The position numbers and the translations under genes are program-made. Below the pieces are notes generated by a model. The model searched no databases. It was not told the DNA's origin and saw only the letters and a program-made list of their open reading frames with translations. DNA of 64,000 nucleotides, taken from contig CAZOKB010000003.1 in the NCBI GenBank assembly GCA_964580285.1, forward strand, positions 31,403 to 95,402, read 5' to 3'. Within the stretch, counting starts at the first letter, position 1. Each line of letters opens with the position of its first letter. This document shows positions 19,600 through 28,733 of this stretch, piece by piece. Source of the stretch: an uncultured Bdellovibrionales bacterium (GTDB taxonomy: Bacteria; Patescibacteriota; Minisyncoccia; Moranbacterales; UBA1568).

Positions 19600-21201
19600 A
19601 TGGAATATACTCTTCCTCTCCCAGTTTTAGAAACGCTCAAGAGTCTCGAGAAGGCTGGTTTTGAAGCGTATATCGTTGGCGGTTGCGTGCGCGATATCCT
19701 TCTTGGTCGCGAACCGAAGGATTGGGATATCACCACGAATGCCTTGCCTGAACAGATTCAATCTCTCTTCCCCGATCATGTCTACGAGAACACATTTGGT
19801 ACGGTCGGCGTAAAAGTGACTCGCTTCAGCACGTCATCCCGAGCAATAGCCGAGGGATCTCCTGCTAATACCACCGAACCGAAGAAAGAAGAAAAGGAAA
19901 TTATTGAAGTCACCACCTACCGTACCGAAACCGGCTACAGCGATCGACGTCGGCCAGATCAGGTGACCTTTGTTTCTTCTTTGCAAGAAGACTTGGCACG
20001 TCGTGATTTCACAATCAATGCCATGGCAGCCACAATCAGCGAACAATTCTCAGCGAACAATAAACAAGAAGCAATAAACAAGGAGGTCGGTTCGATGTTC
20101 ACTGTTCGCTGTTCGCTGTTAATTGAAGATCCCTTCGATGGACAATCCGATGTACAAAAAAAAGTCATTCGAGCCGTTGGCGACCCGGGAGCGCGTTTTG
20201 ATGAAGATGCTCTGCGTATGATGCGTGCAATCCGCTTTGCCAGCGAACTCCGTACACCTGAAGAGAAAAAAGAAACGCATAATTGGCATATTGATAACAA
20301 AACGCTTACAGCCATCACAGAACGTGCCTCGCATCTCAAGGAGATTTCTCTCGAACGTATTCGGGATGAGTTTTCGCGTATCATTCTTTCCAAGAATCCC
20401 TCTTTTGGCGTAGCGCTTCTCGAAGAAACTGGTCTCTTGAAATATATCGCGCCTGAACTCCGTGAAGGCATTAACGTTGGGCAGAATCTCCACCATATCT
20501 ATACTGTCTGGGAGCATAATCTTCGCGCCCTAGAAACCTGCCCTTCAAAAAAACTCCACGTGCGTCTCGCTGCCCTCTTGCATGATGTTGCCAAGCCGCG
20601 CACCAAAAAAGGCGATGGGTACCGTTCCACCTTCTACAACCATGACCACGTTGGAGCTCGCATGACTCAAGCCATTCTGGCTCGACTCCGGTATCCTCGC
20701 GAAATCATCGATAAGGCCACGCTTTTGGTTGACAATCATCTGTTTTACTATAATGTAGGAGAGGTGACTGAGGCTTCTATCCGGCGACTCGTTAAAAAAG
20801 TCGGGCTTGAAAACATGCACGATCTCATGGATGTGCGTATTGGTGATCGACTTGGCTCAGGAGTACCCAAAGCCAAACCCTACAAGCTCCGCCATCTTGA
20901 GTACATGATCGATAAAGTCTCCAACGACCCGCTCTCGGTCAAAATGCTCAAATTGAACGGGCAGGATCTCATGCAGGAGCTTAGCCTGGCCCCCGGTCCA
21001 AAAATTGGAGCCATTCTTGATGTCCTCCTCGCAGAAGCCATTGAAGATCCTTCTATTAATACCCGTGAAACTCTTTTGGACCGAGCGCGGACACTAGGCG
21101 GACACGATCTCGAACATCTTCGTGCACTTGCCAAAGAACGTATCGAGGAAAAACGCCAAGAAGAAGATGCGGAGATTAAAAAAAGGCACTGGGTAGAATA
21201 A
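19600..21201 (+). CDS. cca: CCA-adding tRNA nucleotidyltransferase with HD domain
   Basis: GGCVRD…DWD polymerase-beta-like head and HD motifs (LLHDVAKP, H…H). Start chosen at MEYTLPLP. Confidence 0.85.
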   Translation: MEYTLPLPVLETLKSLEKAGFEAYIVGGCVRDILLGREPKDWDITTNALPEQIQSLFPDHVYENTFGTVGVKVTRFSTSSRAIAEGSPANTTEPKKEEKEIIEVTTYRTETGYSDRRRPDQVTFVSSLQEDLARRDFTINAMAATISEQFSANNKQEAINKEVGSMFTVRCSLLIEDPFDGQSDVQKKVIRAVGDPGARFDEDALRMMRAIRFASELRTPEEKKETHNWHIDNKTLTAITERASHLKEISLERIRDEFSRIILSKNPSFGVALLEETGLLKYIAPELREGINVGQNLHHIYTVWEHNLRALETCPSKKLHVRLAALLHDVAKPRTKKGDGYRSTFYNHDHVGARMTQAILARLRYPREIIDKATLLVDNHLFYYNVGEVTEASIRRLVKKVGLENMHDLMDVRIGDRLGSGVPKAKPYKLRHLEYMIDKVSNDPLSVKMLKLNGQDLMQELSLAPGPKIGAILDVLLAEAIEDPSINTRETLLDRARTLGGHDLEHLRALAKERIEEKRQEEDAEIKKRHWVE

Positions 21202-21212
21202 CAGGAGAAGAT

Positions 21213-21283
21213 CGGAGTGTTGTATAGTGGTATTACGCACGCTTCGGGTGCGTGTGACCCGGGTTCGATTCCCGGCACTCCGA
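21213..21283 (+). tRNA. tRNA-Pro (anticodon CGG), no encoded CCA
   Basis: Hand-folded: acceptor cggagtg/cactccg, anticodon stem cacgc/gcgtg with loop TTCGGGT, T-arm ccggg-TTCGATT-cccgg. The D-stem is only 3 bp and the variable loop 4 nt. Confidence 0.55.
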
Positions 21284-21292
21284 CAAAGGATT

Positions 21293-21604
21293 ATGAAAAT
21301 TCTCATTGAACAACCCAGTGAAAACGCCGTATCCCTCATGCGCCGAGCTGGCTATGCTTTCCAGCGGGCTGAAGATCAAGAACAGAGTTTTATCCGTCCT
21401 CTCGCCCGATCTGGTTACCCGCGCTTTCACGCTTATGTGAAGACAGAGAATGGAAGCCTCCTTGTTAATTTCCATTTGGATCAAAAACGAGAGACCTACG
21501 GCAATGATACCCGTCACCACGGTGAATATACTGATGATGGCCCCCTCAAAGAAGAAGCTCTTCACCTCCTCCGTATGTTTGGCCCAAGCGCACGTATTTT
21601 GTAA
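21293..21604 (+). CDS. hypothetical protein (103 aa)
   Basis: Start MKILIEQ 9 nt after tRNA-Pro, with an aaagga RBS. No domain recognised. Confidence 0.45.
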   Translation: MKILIEQPSENAVSLMRRAGYAFQRAEDQEQSFIRPLARSGYPRFHAYVKTENGSLLVNFHLDQKRETYGNDTRHHGEYTDDGPLKEEALHLLRMFGPSARIL

Positions 21605-21622
21605 AAAAGTCAATCTCAAAAA

Positions 21623-21708
21623 GCCGAGGTGGTGGAATGGTAGACACACTAGCTTTAGGCGCTAGCGGGAGCAATCCCATGGAGGTTCAAGTCCTCTCCT
21701 CGGCACCA
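21623..21708 (+). tRNA. tRNA-Leu (anticodon UAG), CCA encoded
   Basis: Hand-folded: acceptor gccgagg/cctcggc, anticodon stem ctagc/gctag with loop TTTAGGC, long variable arm, T-arm ggagg-TTCAAGT-cctct, 3' ACCA. Confidence 0.75.
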
Positions 21709-21729
21709 ATTAACAGCACGGTGATTCTT

Positions 21730-21841
21730 GAGAGTTCGAGTCCCTGCCTACCGGCAGGCAGGTCTCCTGCAGCACATCATAAGGTTTCCGCCCAAGGCGG
21801 ATCCGCCTTGGGCGGATAAGTCCTCTCTCCTCGGCACACAA
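21730..21841 (+). repeat. degenerate partial duplicates of the tRNA-Leu 3' end (integration-scar-like)
   Basis: aagtcctctctcctcggcac (21820-21841) matches the tRNA 3' end aagtcctctcctcggcac. A more diverged copy gagagttcgagtccctgcctaccggca lies at ~21741. Palindromes lie between them. Confidence 0.5.
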
Positions 21842-21870
21842 AAAAAGACCCTTCTCAGGGGGTCTTTTTA
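21840..21870. terminator. bidirectional terminator between the tRNA region and the convergent surface-protein gene
   Basis: A-tract, hairpin agaccc-ttctcagg-gggtct, then TTTTT. Confidence 0.6.
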
Positions 21871-21881
21871 GATATCACACC

Positions 21882-24593
21882 CTAGGTTTCTTTTCGGAAT
21901 GAATGGCTAGGAACCAACGCGCCAATAAAACCGACTGCAAAAAGCAGGAGCGCCCCCGTCAGCAGCATACGGAACGTGAAGAGGACGGTTTCTGGAACAT
22001 AGTTTGAAATGAGGGCGTAGTATTTTTTCAATCCCTTTTCATTCCCCTGAGCCAAAATCGGTTCCTGAATCTCAATTTGTGACTGACCACCAAAACGAAT
22101 CTCGGTCGAATCCAGCGGTGAAATCTGCCAGATATCATACAACGCTCGCCTTACTTGGTCTGATTGCACCAAAAGAGCCCTCAAGGAAACATCGTAGATT
22201 CCCCCGGTGAGTTTTTCCATTGGGAATGAAATCTGACTTGGGGTCGTTTCTGCTACCACTGTTCCATCCACCGTCCATTCTCTAGTGATCCCAGGATACG
22301 ATCCGAGAAAACTCGGAATGTATTCCGCCTTCAGCGCTGCCGTCCCTCCCGAAAAGGCCTGGAGGGCCGTATCAGAATAATCTGGACAGAGACCCGAAGG
22401 ACAGGCCGTGCTAGCAGTACCCAAAACGTCTTTATAGTATCCGAGTAATTTTTTCCATACCGTACTCGTATCAGTCGAAACGATATTGACGAGCGGTTCG
22501 ACAATATGGAACGTGCGCGTGAGCGTTATAGTCTTCCCGGTGGTGATATCATTGGCAGTAAGCGTCACTTGGTACGTATCCCCCACGGCACCTGTAATCG
22601 GGAAGAAGGCTACATGATTTTGCGATCCATCAGTACATTCTGGAGACATTTTATCATTGGTACACACCAACGGATTACCATTCACCGTCCATGCAAAGTC
22701 CTTCAGTCCAGATGGATCAATACGCACGCCAATAATCTCATTCTTAATCACTCGGCAAGCTGTCCGCTCCAATGCTGAAGCATTACAAATAACCTGATCC
22801 AACTTTACTTTCGTCCTGGAGCCCGCCACAACCGGTGTTACTGCATAGGCCGAAATCCTTTTCCCTGTTGAGGTAAACTTCATCACCACATCGCTCTGTC
22901 CGCGCCGCACCCCTCCTCCTTCAAAACTCTCCGTAGCCTTAGCCTTAAAGCGCAGGTACCCAATGCCGCCAGAGATACTTCCCAGCACTGATTTCGGAAT
23001 ATCCATTTTAACAGTAAGCATGTTCAACCCATTGCCTTTGGTATTTTTCACAAGACCATTCGCAAGCAGATCGCTCGTGATGTCGGTCGGGCTGGCGAAG
23101 CGCGGAGTTGAATCTAACTCCACCGTCCAATCATACAGGATGCCTCCCTGCTCCTGAGCGGCATTATCAATCGAAGCCTGGGCAATCACCGTATCTCCAT
23201 TCGCGTCACTCGTTTCATCGTTCACCGGATTCTCTGGTGACGCACTCACCTGTACTGAAAGATTTGTGGCTTGCCCTCCTTCGGTTGGATCCACCAAATT
23301 TTTATCAATACAATCATTCGGATCTAATTTCGTTGTCGGAAAAGTCACACTATATCCCTTCACATTTTGTACATACGATCCCGTAGCAGCACCGACTAAT
23401 CCTGGATAGCACTTATTCTTCGGAAAAGCCCACATTGTCGCGTATGAAGCATCAGCATGCTTGGTGGGAATCATGGATGTTCCTTCTACCGCTACACCCA
23501 CCTGGTCACCAGAAAGGTAATTCCAAGTGAAGAGAGAGAGTCCAAGACCAGCGACATTCGCCTCATCTTTTTTGCTGTTATTTGCCGTACTTGGATCTTT
23601 TGGATCTGTTTTCCAGAATCTCTCTTCGCTCGCTCCAAACGAACCATCTCCCGTTGATCCGGATGATGGCTCTGCAAAAGCGTGTTTGCACAGATTCCTT
23701 ACTGAACTACCCGAGGTAGCTGTTACGGAGCTACACGAAGATAGGGTTGTCGTACAAGTCGTCGCGGATGATGGATCAGACACGCAACATGCCGTACCAC
23801 TCGAGCACGATACCGTCGAGCCACTACATGAAGGAGTCCCTGTTACCGAACACCCTCCCGAAGAACAGCTCGGGGTAGACTCACTAAATGTCGTAAAAGA
23901 ACCGTCTCCGTTTGAAAACGTACTCGATGAAGCACTGATAGTTGTATCTCCCTCCATGCATACTGGAGATGTCCCTGCTGGACAGCCAAACGAGAGAGAA
24001 GAACCGACATCCGCTAGCTCATAGAGCGTCCCAGATGCTGGCTCATACGCATAACAATAATCTGTCTTATCAACCTTATCATCGCCACCGTAGCGTGCTT
24101 GATAGCCATCACCATCGCTATCAGAAGAGTAGCTCGCGGTTGAATTATCGTATCCGTTCTGGACGAGAATCCGAGCCGCCTCGATCTTCCAGTCTTCAGA
24201 GTTGTATCGACCGTCACCATTGTAATCGCACGAACTTGCGCTACAATCCTTACGCTTCAAATACCAACTAAAATACAAAGCCTCTTCAGGATTACTAAAA
24301 TAGATCGGGAAAGCATGCGCCGTAATCTTCTCTCCTTCTTTTGGATCAGAGGGTGAGAAATACAGTGAGACTTCGGGGGTAGTTTTTTTATTGTCGCTTA
24401 CATTGAAACTCTGACCAAAATTTCGAATGCTTCCCAGGTTAAGATTGTATCTCTTCTCAAGCTTACTCGCTACGCTTGAAACTGATGGGATACTTGCTGC
24501 TTGGGCTTGTGGCATATTTGCAAGCAAAAGAGCCATTAAGGACAAACAAGACATGACGCGCATACTTGCCTTCTGACAATATTTTATGTTCAT
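21882..24593 (-). CDS. large secreted surface protein (903 aa) with signal peptide, dockerin/EF-hand-like Ca-binding loop, Ser/Thr/Cys-rich region and C-terminal TM anchor
   Basis: Signal MRVMSCLSLMALLLANMPQAQA. DYNGDGRYNSED fits the D-x-N-x-D-G-x-x-N-x-x-D pattern. S/T/C low-complexity stretch. C-terminal hydrophobic helix. Confidence 0.65.
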   Translation of the reverse strand: MNIKYCQKASMRVMSCLSLMALLLANMPQAQAASIPSVSSVASKLEKRYNLNLGSIRNFGQSFNVSDNKKTTPEVSLYFSPSDPKEGEKITAHAFPIYFSNPEEALYFSWYLKRKDCSASSCDYNGDGRYNSEDWKIEAARILVQNGYDNSTASYSSDSDGDGYQARYGGDDKVDKTDYCYAYEPASGTLYELADVGSSLSFGCPAGTSPVCMEGDTTISASSSTFSNGDGSFTTFSESTPSCSSGGCSVTGTPSCSGSTVSCSSGTACCVSDPSSATTCTTTLSSCSSVTATSGSSVRNLCKHAFAEPSSGSTGDGSFGASEERFWKTDPKDPSTANNSKKDEANVAGLGLSLFTWNYLSGDQVGVAVEGTSMIPTKHADASYATMWAFPKNKCYPGLVGAATGSYVQNVKGYSVTFPTTKLDPNDCIDKNLVDPTEGGQATNLSVQVSASPENPVNDETSDANGDTVIAQASIDNAAQEQGGILYDWTVELDSTPRFASPTDITSDLLANGLVKNTKGNGLNMLTVKMDIPKSVLGSISGGIGYLRFKAKATESFEGGGVRRGQSDVVMKFTSTGKRISAYAVTPVVAGSRTKVKLDQVICNASALERTACRVIKNEIIGVRIDPSGLKDFAWTVNGNPLVCTNDKMSPECTDGSQNHVAFFPITGAVGDTYQVTLTANDITTGKTITLTRTFHIVEPLVNIVSTDTSTVWKKLLGYYKDVLGTASTACPSGLCPDYSDTALQAFSGGTAALKAEYIPSFLGSYPGITREWTVDGTVVAETTPSQISFPMEKLTGGIYDVSLRALLVQSDQVRRALYDIWQISPLDSTEIRFGGQSQIEIQEPILAQGNEKGLKKYYALISNYVPETVLFTFRMLLTGALLLFAVGFIGALVPSHSFRKET

Positions 24594-24604
24594 AATACAA
24601 CTCT

Positions 24605-25264
24605 TTAGCGAAGCACAAGAAACACAATATCAATCAACAAAAAGGTCGCCCAGGTCACTACCCATGAGGCATACACCGATCCAGAAAAATACGCCACCGC
24701 CCCCGAAAAAAGACTCGCGTAGAGAAAAACAGCATACTGCCAAGAAATACCACTTGAAAGAGCCACAAACCCAGAAAAAAGAAGTGCTTGAGCGATGATA
24801 GACCACGCTCCGATCGGCGCGAGCCACAGCCGCATCACGAGACCTCGGAAAAAAACTTCATAGAGGAGAGCAAGCCCACCCACTACCAGGATTTCGTATC
24901 CGATAAACCACATGAAGCTGCGCTCTGCAAAAGCAGGTAAACGGTATGCTTCCCTGAAGCCCGGATCAGAAGCGATAAATATCATGAAGACGCCTTCGAG
25001 ACCGAGAGCGAGCAATCCCCAAAAGAACGCTGGGAACCATTTCGCTCCGTGAAGACCGAGAGCAGTGAGAGGTTCCTTGAGTATTATTTTACAATACATT
25101 ATCGGGAGTACCAAGAAAAAGACGATACCAGTGATCACTCCCTTGAAACTAAAATCAGATGAGGCGTCTTCGGATATATTTCCAAAGAGAACCAGTACGA
25201 CGACAATCAATGTCGCTGTCATAACATTCCGCCTTCCTTGAAATATCGACAAGATACCACGCAT
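24605..25264 (-). CDS. CPBP-family (CAAX-protease-like) membrane protein
   Basis: Polytopic. YEVFFRGL resembles CPBP motif 1 (EExxxR). The second motif is not clearly intact. Confidence 0.5.
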   Translation of the reverse strand: MRGILSIFQGRRNVMTATLIVVVLVLFGNISEDASSDFSFKGVITGIVFFLVLPIMYCKIILKEPLTALGLHGAKWFPAFFWGLLALGLEGVFMIFIASDPGFREAYRLPAFAERSFMWFIGYEILVVGGLALLYEVFFRGLVMRLWLAPIGAWSIIAQALLFSGFVALSSGISWQYAVFLYASLFSGAVAYFSGSVYASWVVTWATFLLIDIVFLVLR

Positions 25265-25278
25265 ATCTTAAATACAAT

Positions 25279-25983
25279 TTATACAATTTTTCTGAAAGCC
25301 CTACCCATGTGATCATCTTCCAAATCATGTACCATTTTTGAAACGGTCATATTTTTATTTTCATGCTCTCGTAACAGCCGCAATCGCGCTTGCCGACGGT
25401 TCTCCTCGTTCCGTAAATGCTGGCCTTCTCCCCGCTCCTCCATTATCCGAATGTGCGCCTCTCGCTCTATCTCCTTCTCTTCTTCAGTTTGTCTCCTCAT
25501 AAACATGGCGGACATCGGACCAAAATCTTTCAGCTCTTTCATTTTGCTCTGTATCATTTGTTCTTTTTTCTGAGCTTTTTTCCATGCGCTATAAGCAAGT
25601 TTGTACAAAATGAATATTGTCAGAGTCTCAAGGGGAAGAAAGTTCAGCCCAAAGGCTATCCCCTCAAGCAATGAAACAAAAAGCAAAATGCCGTAAACTT
25701 GAGTCCTGTGCTGTTTAGCATCTTGATTCAGAAACAAGAGAATAGCTATAATGGTTGAGCACATGAAGGTAATAATGAAACTTATCCCTGGCAGTGCTCC
25801 TCCAACAAAATCAAATATGTCTTTAAAAAGAGCAGTACATCCCATTCCAATGTACGATAATTTGGAAGGCTTTTCTCCGGAAAAACCCTTTCTGGCCTTT
25901 GTCAGCCGACGCATAGCATCTTTATCCCTGCGAAGCGCATTTAGGACTGCGTTCACATTTCCCGTTGGACTCACTGATGGCAT
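25279..25983 (-). CDS. membrane protein with charged C-terminal tail, hypothetical
   Basis: Three predicted TM segments, then a Glu/Arg-rich helical tail. Directly downstream of the VirB4-like gene. Confidence 0.45.
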   Translation of the reverse strand: MPSVSPTGNVNAVLNALRRDKDAMRRLTKARKGFSGEKPSKLSYIGMGCTALFKDIFDFVGGALPGISFIITFMCSTIIAILLFLNQDAKQHRTQVYGILLFVSLLEGIAFGLNFLPLETLTIFILYKLAYSAWKKAQKKEQMIQSKMKELKDFGPMSAMFMRRQTEEEKEIEREAHIRIMEERGEGQHLRNEENRRQARLRLLREHENKNMTVSKMVHDLEDDHMGRAFRKIV

Positions 25984-26037
25984 AAATCTTGGTCTTTAGG
26001 TTCCTCTATTTCATCCTTCTCGCTTAGCTAGAATCTC

Positions 26038-27897
26038 TTACATCCCCGCATCGAAATCCTTCTTCGCCTGTTCGATCTCCAGTAATTGCCGCGGATCCGA
26101 CGTGATAATCTGATCTTCACTGTACGAAGCAATCACTTTGATCGCTGCGTGCTTCGTCCCCGCAAAGAAAATACCTTCTCCCACATTCGATTCCAAGAGC
26201 AGAAACTTCTCATGATCGGTCAGGTAAAATGTCTCAGCTACCGTCTCGATCGATGCTGGCGACTGACGGAGCAAAAGCTGGAGCGACGAGTTCGTCACGA
26301 TCGGCTTGCCATAGCGCGACGCCATGAAGTCACTAATATCCTGCGTGATCGTGGTGAGACCGGTATAGTATTTGCGGCAGCGCTTCGCCACGCCAAAGAG
26401 GAAGGCAGCGGCATCTTCGTGCTGCATCATCACCCACGCTTCATCCACCACAATCACCCGCTTCTTGAGCTCGGTGCGGATCTCATTCCACATGAACTGG
26501 AGAATGATATACATGGCAATCGGCCGGAGTTCTTCTTCCAGATCGCGAATATTGAACACTACCAACTGATTGTTCAGAGAAACATTGGATTGCTTATTCA
26601 GGAACCCGCCGAAAATACCCTCGGTGTAGCGTTCCAACCGAGTCGCGAGCGATTCGGCACCATCCATATTCTGCAGTACGGCATAGAGATCCGACATAGT
26701 CGGGTAGGACTGAGCGGTGAGCTGAGAAAAATCAGATTTCTCCGTAATATCCCGAATGGCGTAGGTTTCACGAATAGCACGATCAAGCACAGCGTCTTCT
26801 TCCGGCGTGACCGCCCCGAGCATAAGGTGAAGCAAACCAATGAGGCTGGCGATATTGCTCCGCAACACACCTTCCGGATCATCCTCATCGTTCTTACGCG
26901 GCAAATCAAACGGGTTGAGGTGTACGGGCGAATTGAGAGCAATCTTCATAAAGCTCCCGCCCACAGTTTCACAGAGGTGCTTGTATTCATTTTCCGGATC
27001 AAGAATAATCACGCTCGCGCCGAACATCATCGAACGCAGCACTTCAAGCTTCACGGTGTAGCTTTTACCAGCACCCGACTTGGCGAAAACGACCATGTTC
27101 GCGTTTTCCAATTTGAAGCGATCAAAAAGAATGAGGGAATTATTATGCCGGTTAATACCATAGAGAATGCCATCCCCAGAAGACAAGTCTGAGGAAACGA
27201 ACGGGAAGGTTGTTGAAAGCGGCTCGGTATTCAAGTTATTAGCCACATCCAGCGTATCGGTCCCAATCGGCCGCGTGGATGCAAAGCCTTGGTCCATACG
27301 GAGTACGGCTGGTTTCACATACACCAGCTGCGCCTCGAGTAGCGATTCAATCGCACTCGACTTCTCCGAAAGATCTTTTTCATCTTTGCCATAGACGGTG
27401 ATATAGAGACCAAAACGGAAAAACTTTTCTGTCCCCTGTTGGAGCTTGTCACGGAGCGCCTCAATATCTTGATAGGCAGTTTCGAGAATCGGGTCACGCA
27501 CCTTACCGCCCTCCGCTTCGATCGACAACTGCGACTGCACCTGCGTAGAAGATTTCCGGAGTTGTTTCAAAATATCCACGGTGTCGATAGGGTGCACGAA
27601 TAAGGAAATGTCCATCGAAAAGTCGATGTTGATAATCGGTGAGAACCAATTCGTGGAGAGGTAGCGCGGGTACGCGATAACAAAATACGTACGCGCAAAA
27701 ATATCTCCTACCTGCATCATCGTCGGGGTAAGCTTCACTGCTGGCGGCGAAATAAGATCACGCACGGTGGCAATGCCTTTCTGGTAGAGCGCCTCCGTGT
27801 CTTGAGCCGTCATTGACCCCAGCGAGAAAGCGTCTTTTGTAACGCTCGTGAGTGCGATCGGTACCGCTTCTTCTTTTTTCTTTCCAAAAAATCCCAT
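26038..27897 (-). CDS. VirB4/TrbE/CagE-family type IV secretion ATPase (ATPase part)
   Basis: Walker A AKSGAGKS, Walker B VIVVDEAW. Typical VirB4 C-terminal region. 619 aa. Confidence 0.85.
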   Translation of the reverse strand: MGFFGKKKEEAVPIALTSVTKDAFSLGSMTAQDTEALYQKGIATVRDLISPPAVKLTPTMMQVGDIFARTYFVIAYPRYLSTNWFSPIINIDFSMDISLFVHPIDTVDILKQLRKSSTQVQSQLSIEAEGGKVRDPILETAYQDIEALRDKLQQGTEKFFRFGLYITVYGKDEKDLSEKSSAIESLLEAQLVYVKPAVLRMDQGFASTRPIGTDTLDVANNLNTEPLSTTFPFVSSDLSSGDGILYGINRHNNSLILFDRFKLENANMVVFAKSGAGKSYTVKLEVLRSMMFGASVIILDPENEYKHLCETVGGSFMKIALNSPVHLNPFDLPRKNDEDDPEGVLRSNIASLIGLLHLMLGAVTPEEDAVLDRAIRETYAIRDITEKSDFSQLTAQSYPTMSDLYAVLQNMDGAESLATRLERYTEGIFGGFLNKQSNVSLNNQLVVFNIRDLEEELRPIAMYIILQFMWNEIRTELKKRVIVVDEAWVMMQHEDAAAFLFGVAKRCRKYYTGLTTITQDISDFMASRYGKPIVTNSSLQLLLRQSPASIETVAETFYLTDHEKFLLLESNVGEGIFFAGTKHAAIKVIASYSEDQIITSDPRQLLEIEQAKKDFDAGM

Positions 27898-27924
27898 GAT
27901 ATTTATCTTATAAAGGCTTTATTT

Positions 27925-28006
27925 CTGTCATTGCGAGGAGTCTTCGACGAAGCAATCTAGAAAAATACTCGGGTACCGGATTGCTTCGCAGAGCCTCGCA
28001 ATGACA
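27925..28006. repeat. long hairpin (MITE/REP-like) repeat, copy B
   Basis: Left arm ctgtcattgcgaggagtcttcgacgaagcaatc is the exact inverse of the copy A right arm. Right arm ggattgcttcgcagagcctcgcaatgaca. Lies between the two VirB4-related ORFs. Confidence 0.6.
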
Positions 28007-28026
28007 AAACTGGAACTAACAGCCCA

Positions 28027-28716
28027 CTATTTCAGCTCTACCTGATCGATATTCTTGAGAATGGAGGAGGTAAAGACCGATGGATTATAGCTATTATAGA
28101 GCAATTCGATAATCTCTTCGGTCTCGAGAGCTGTCACATGCACCCCTGTTGAGGACAGGGCCGCTGTAACATGATCCACCCGCTGCAACAGTTGACTCCG
28201 GTAGGTCTCGAAAAGCTCTGGATGAGAATTGACCGCTTGTTTCGATTTGAAAATCCCGAACATTTTGTCCCCGAAACCGCTCTTTTGATCCTCCACCGAT
28301 GAGAACGGTATGACGACATAGAAAAACTTAGACATGATATTCGAGACCTCGGTCAGATTCTTCACGAACTCTTTGTATTCCGTAATCTGAAACCGTAAGA
28401 GATCATTCTCCTGCTGTTTTTCCCGTTCTGAAAGCAGCTCCAGATACGGCTCAATATTAAAACGGCGCGAACTCACCACAATCTGCACCGGAAAATCGAG
28501 CGAGTTCAAAAAATTCTGATACTGGAGAATAATACCCTCCTGTTCATCCGATGACTTGAGGTCGAAGTTAAGTGACGAAACCAAAAGGACCGCGCGCAGC
28601 GCTCCGGTTTTGAGCACAATCACTCCCTCACGGATTTCATCCACATCCACATACTGTTGGGTGCTGCTTTTCGAAGTCGTTCCGGGATTCGTATTTTTCG
28701 GATTCAAAAATTCCAT
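28027..28716 (-). CDS. VirB4 N-terminal-domain-like protein encoded as a separate ORF
   Basis: EIREGVIVLKTGALRAVLLVSSLNFDLKSSDEQEGIILQYQNFLNSLDFPVQIVV resembles the N-terminal CagE/TrbE/VirB region of VirB4/TcpF-type ATPases. No Walker motifs. Confidence 0.5.
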   Translation of the reverse strand: MEFLNPKNTNPGTTSKSSTQQYVDVDEIREGVIVLKTGALRAVLLVSSLNFDLKSSDEQEGIILQYQNFLNSLDFPVQIVVSSRRFNIEPYLELLSEREKQQENDLLRFQITEYKEFVKNLTEVSNIMSKFFYVVIPFSSVEDQKSGFGDKMFGIFKSKQAVNSHPELFETYRSQLLQRVDHVTAALSSTGVHVTALETEEIIELLYNSYNPSVFTSSILKNIDQVELK

Positions 28717-28733
28717 GCTGGTGGTATTTGTGT

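Noticed and set aside
21709-21800. Possible second functional tRNA after tRNA-Leu
   Set aside because: T-arm-like and acceptor-like pieces are present, but the stems do not pair (gagag vs ccctg) and no anticodon arm can be folded. It is interpreted as a degenerate tRNA-Leu fragment.
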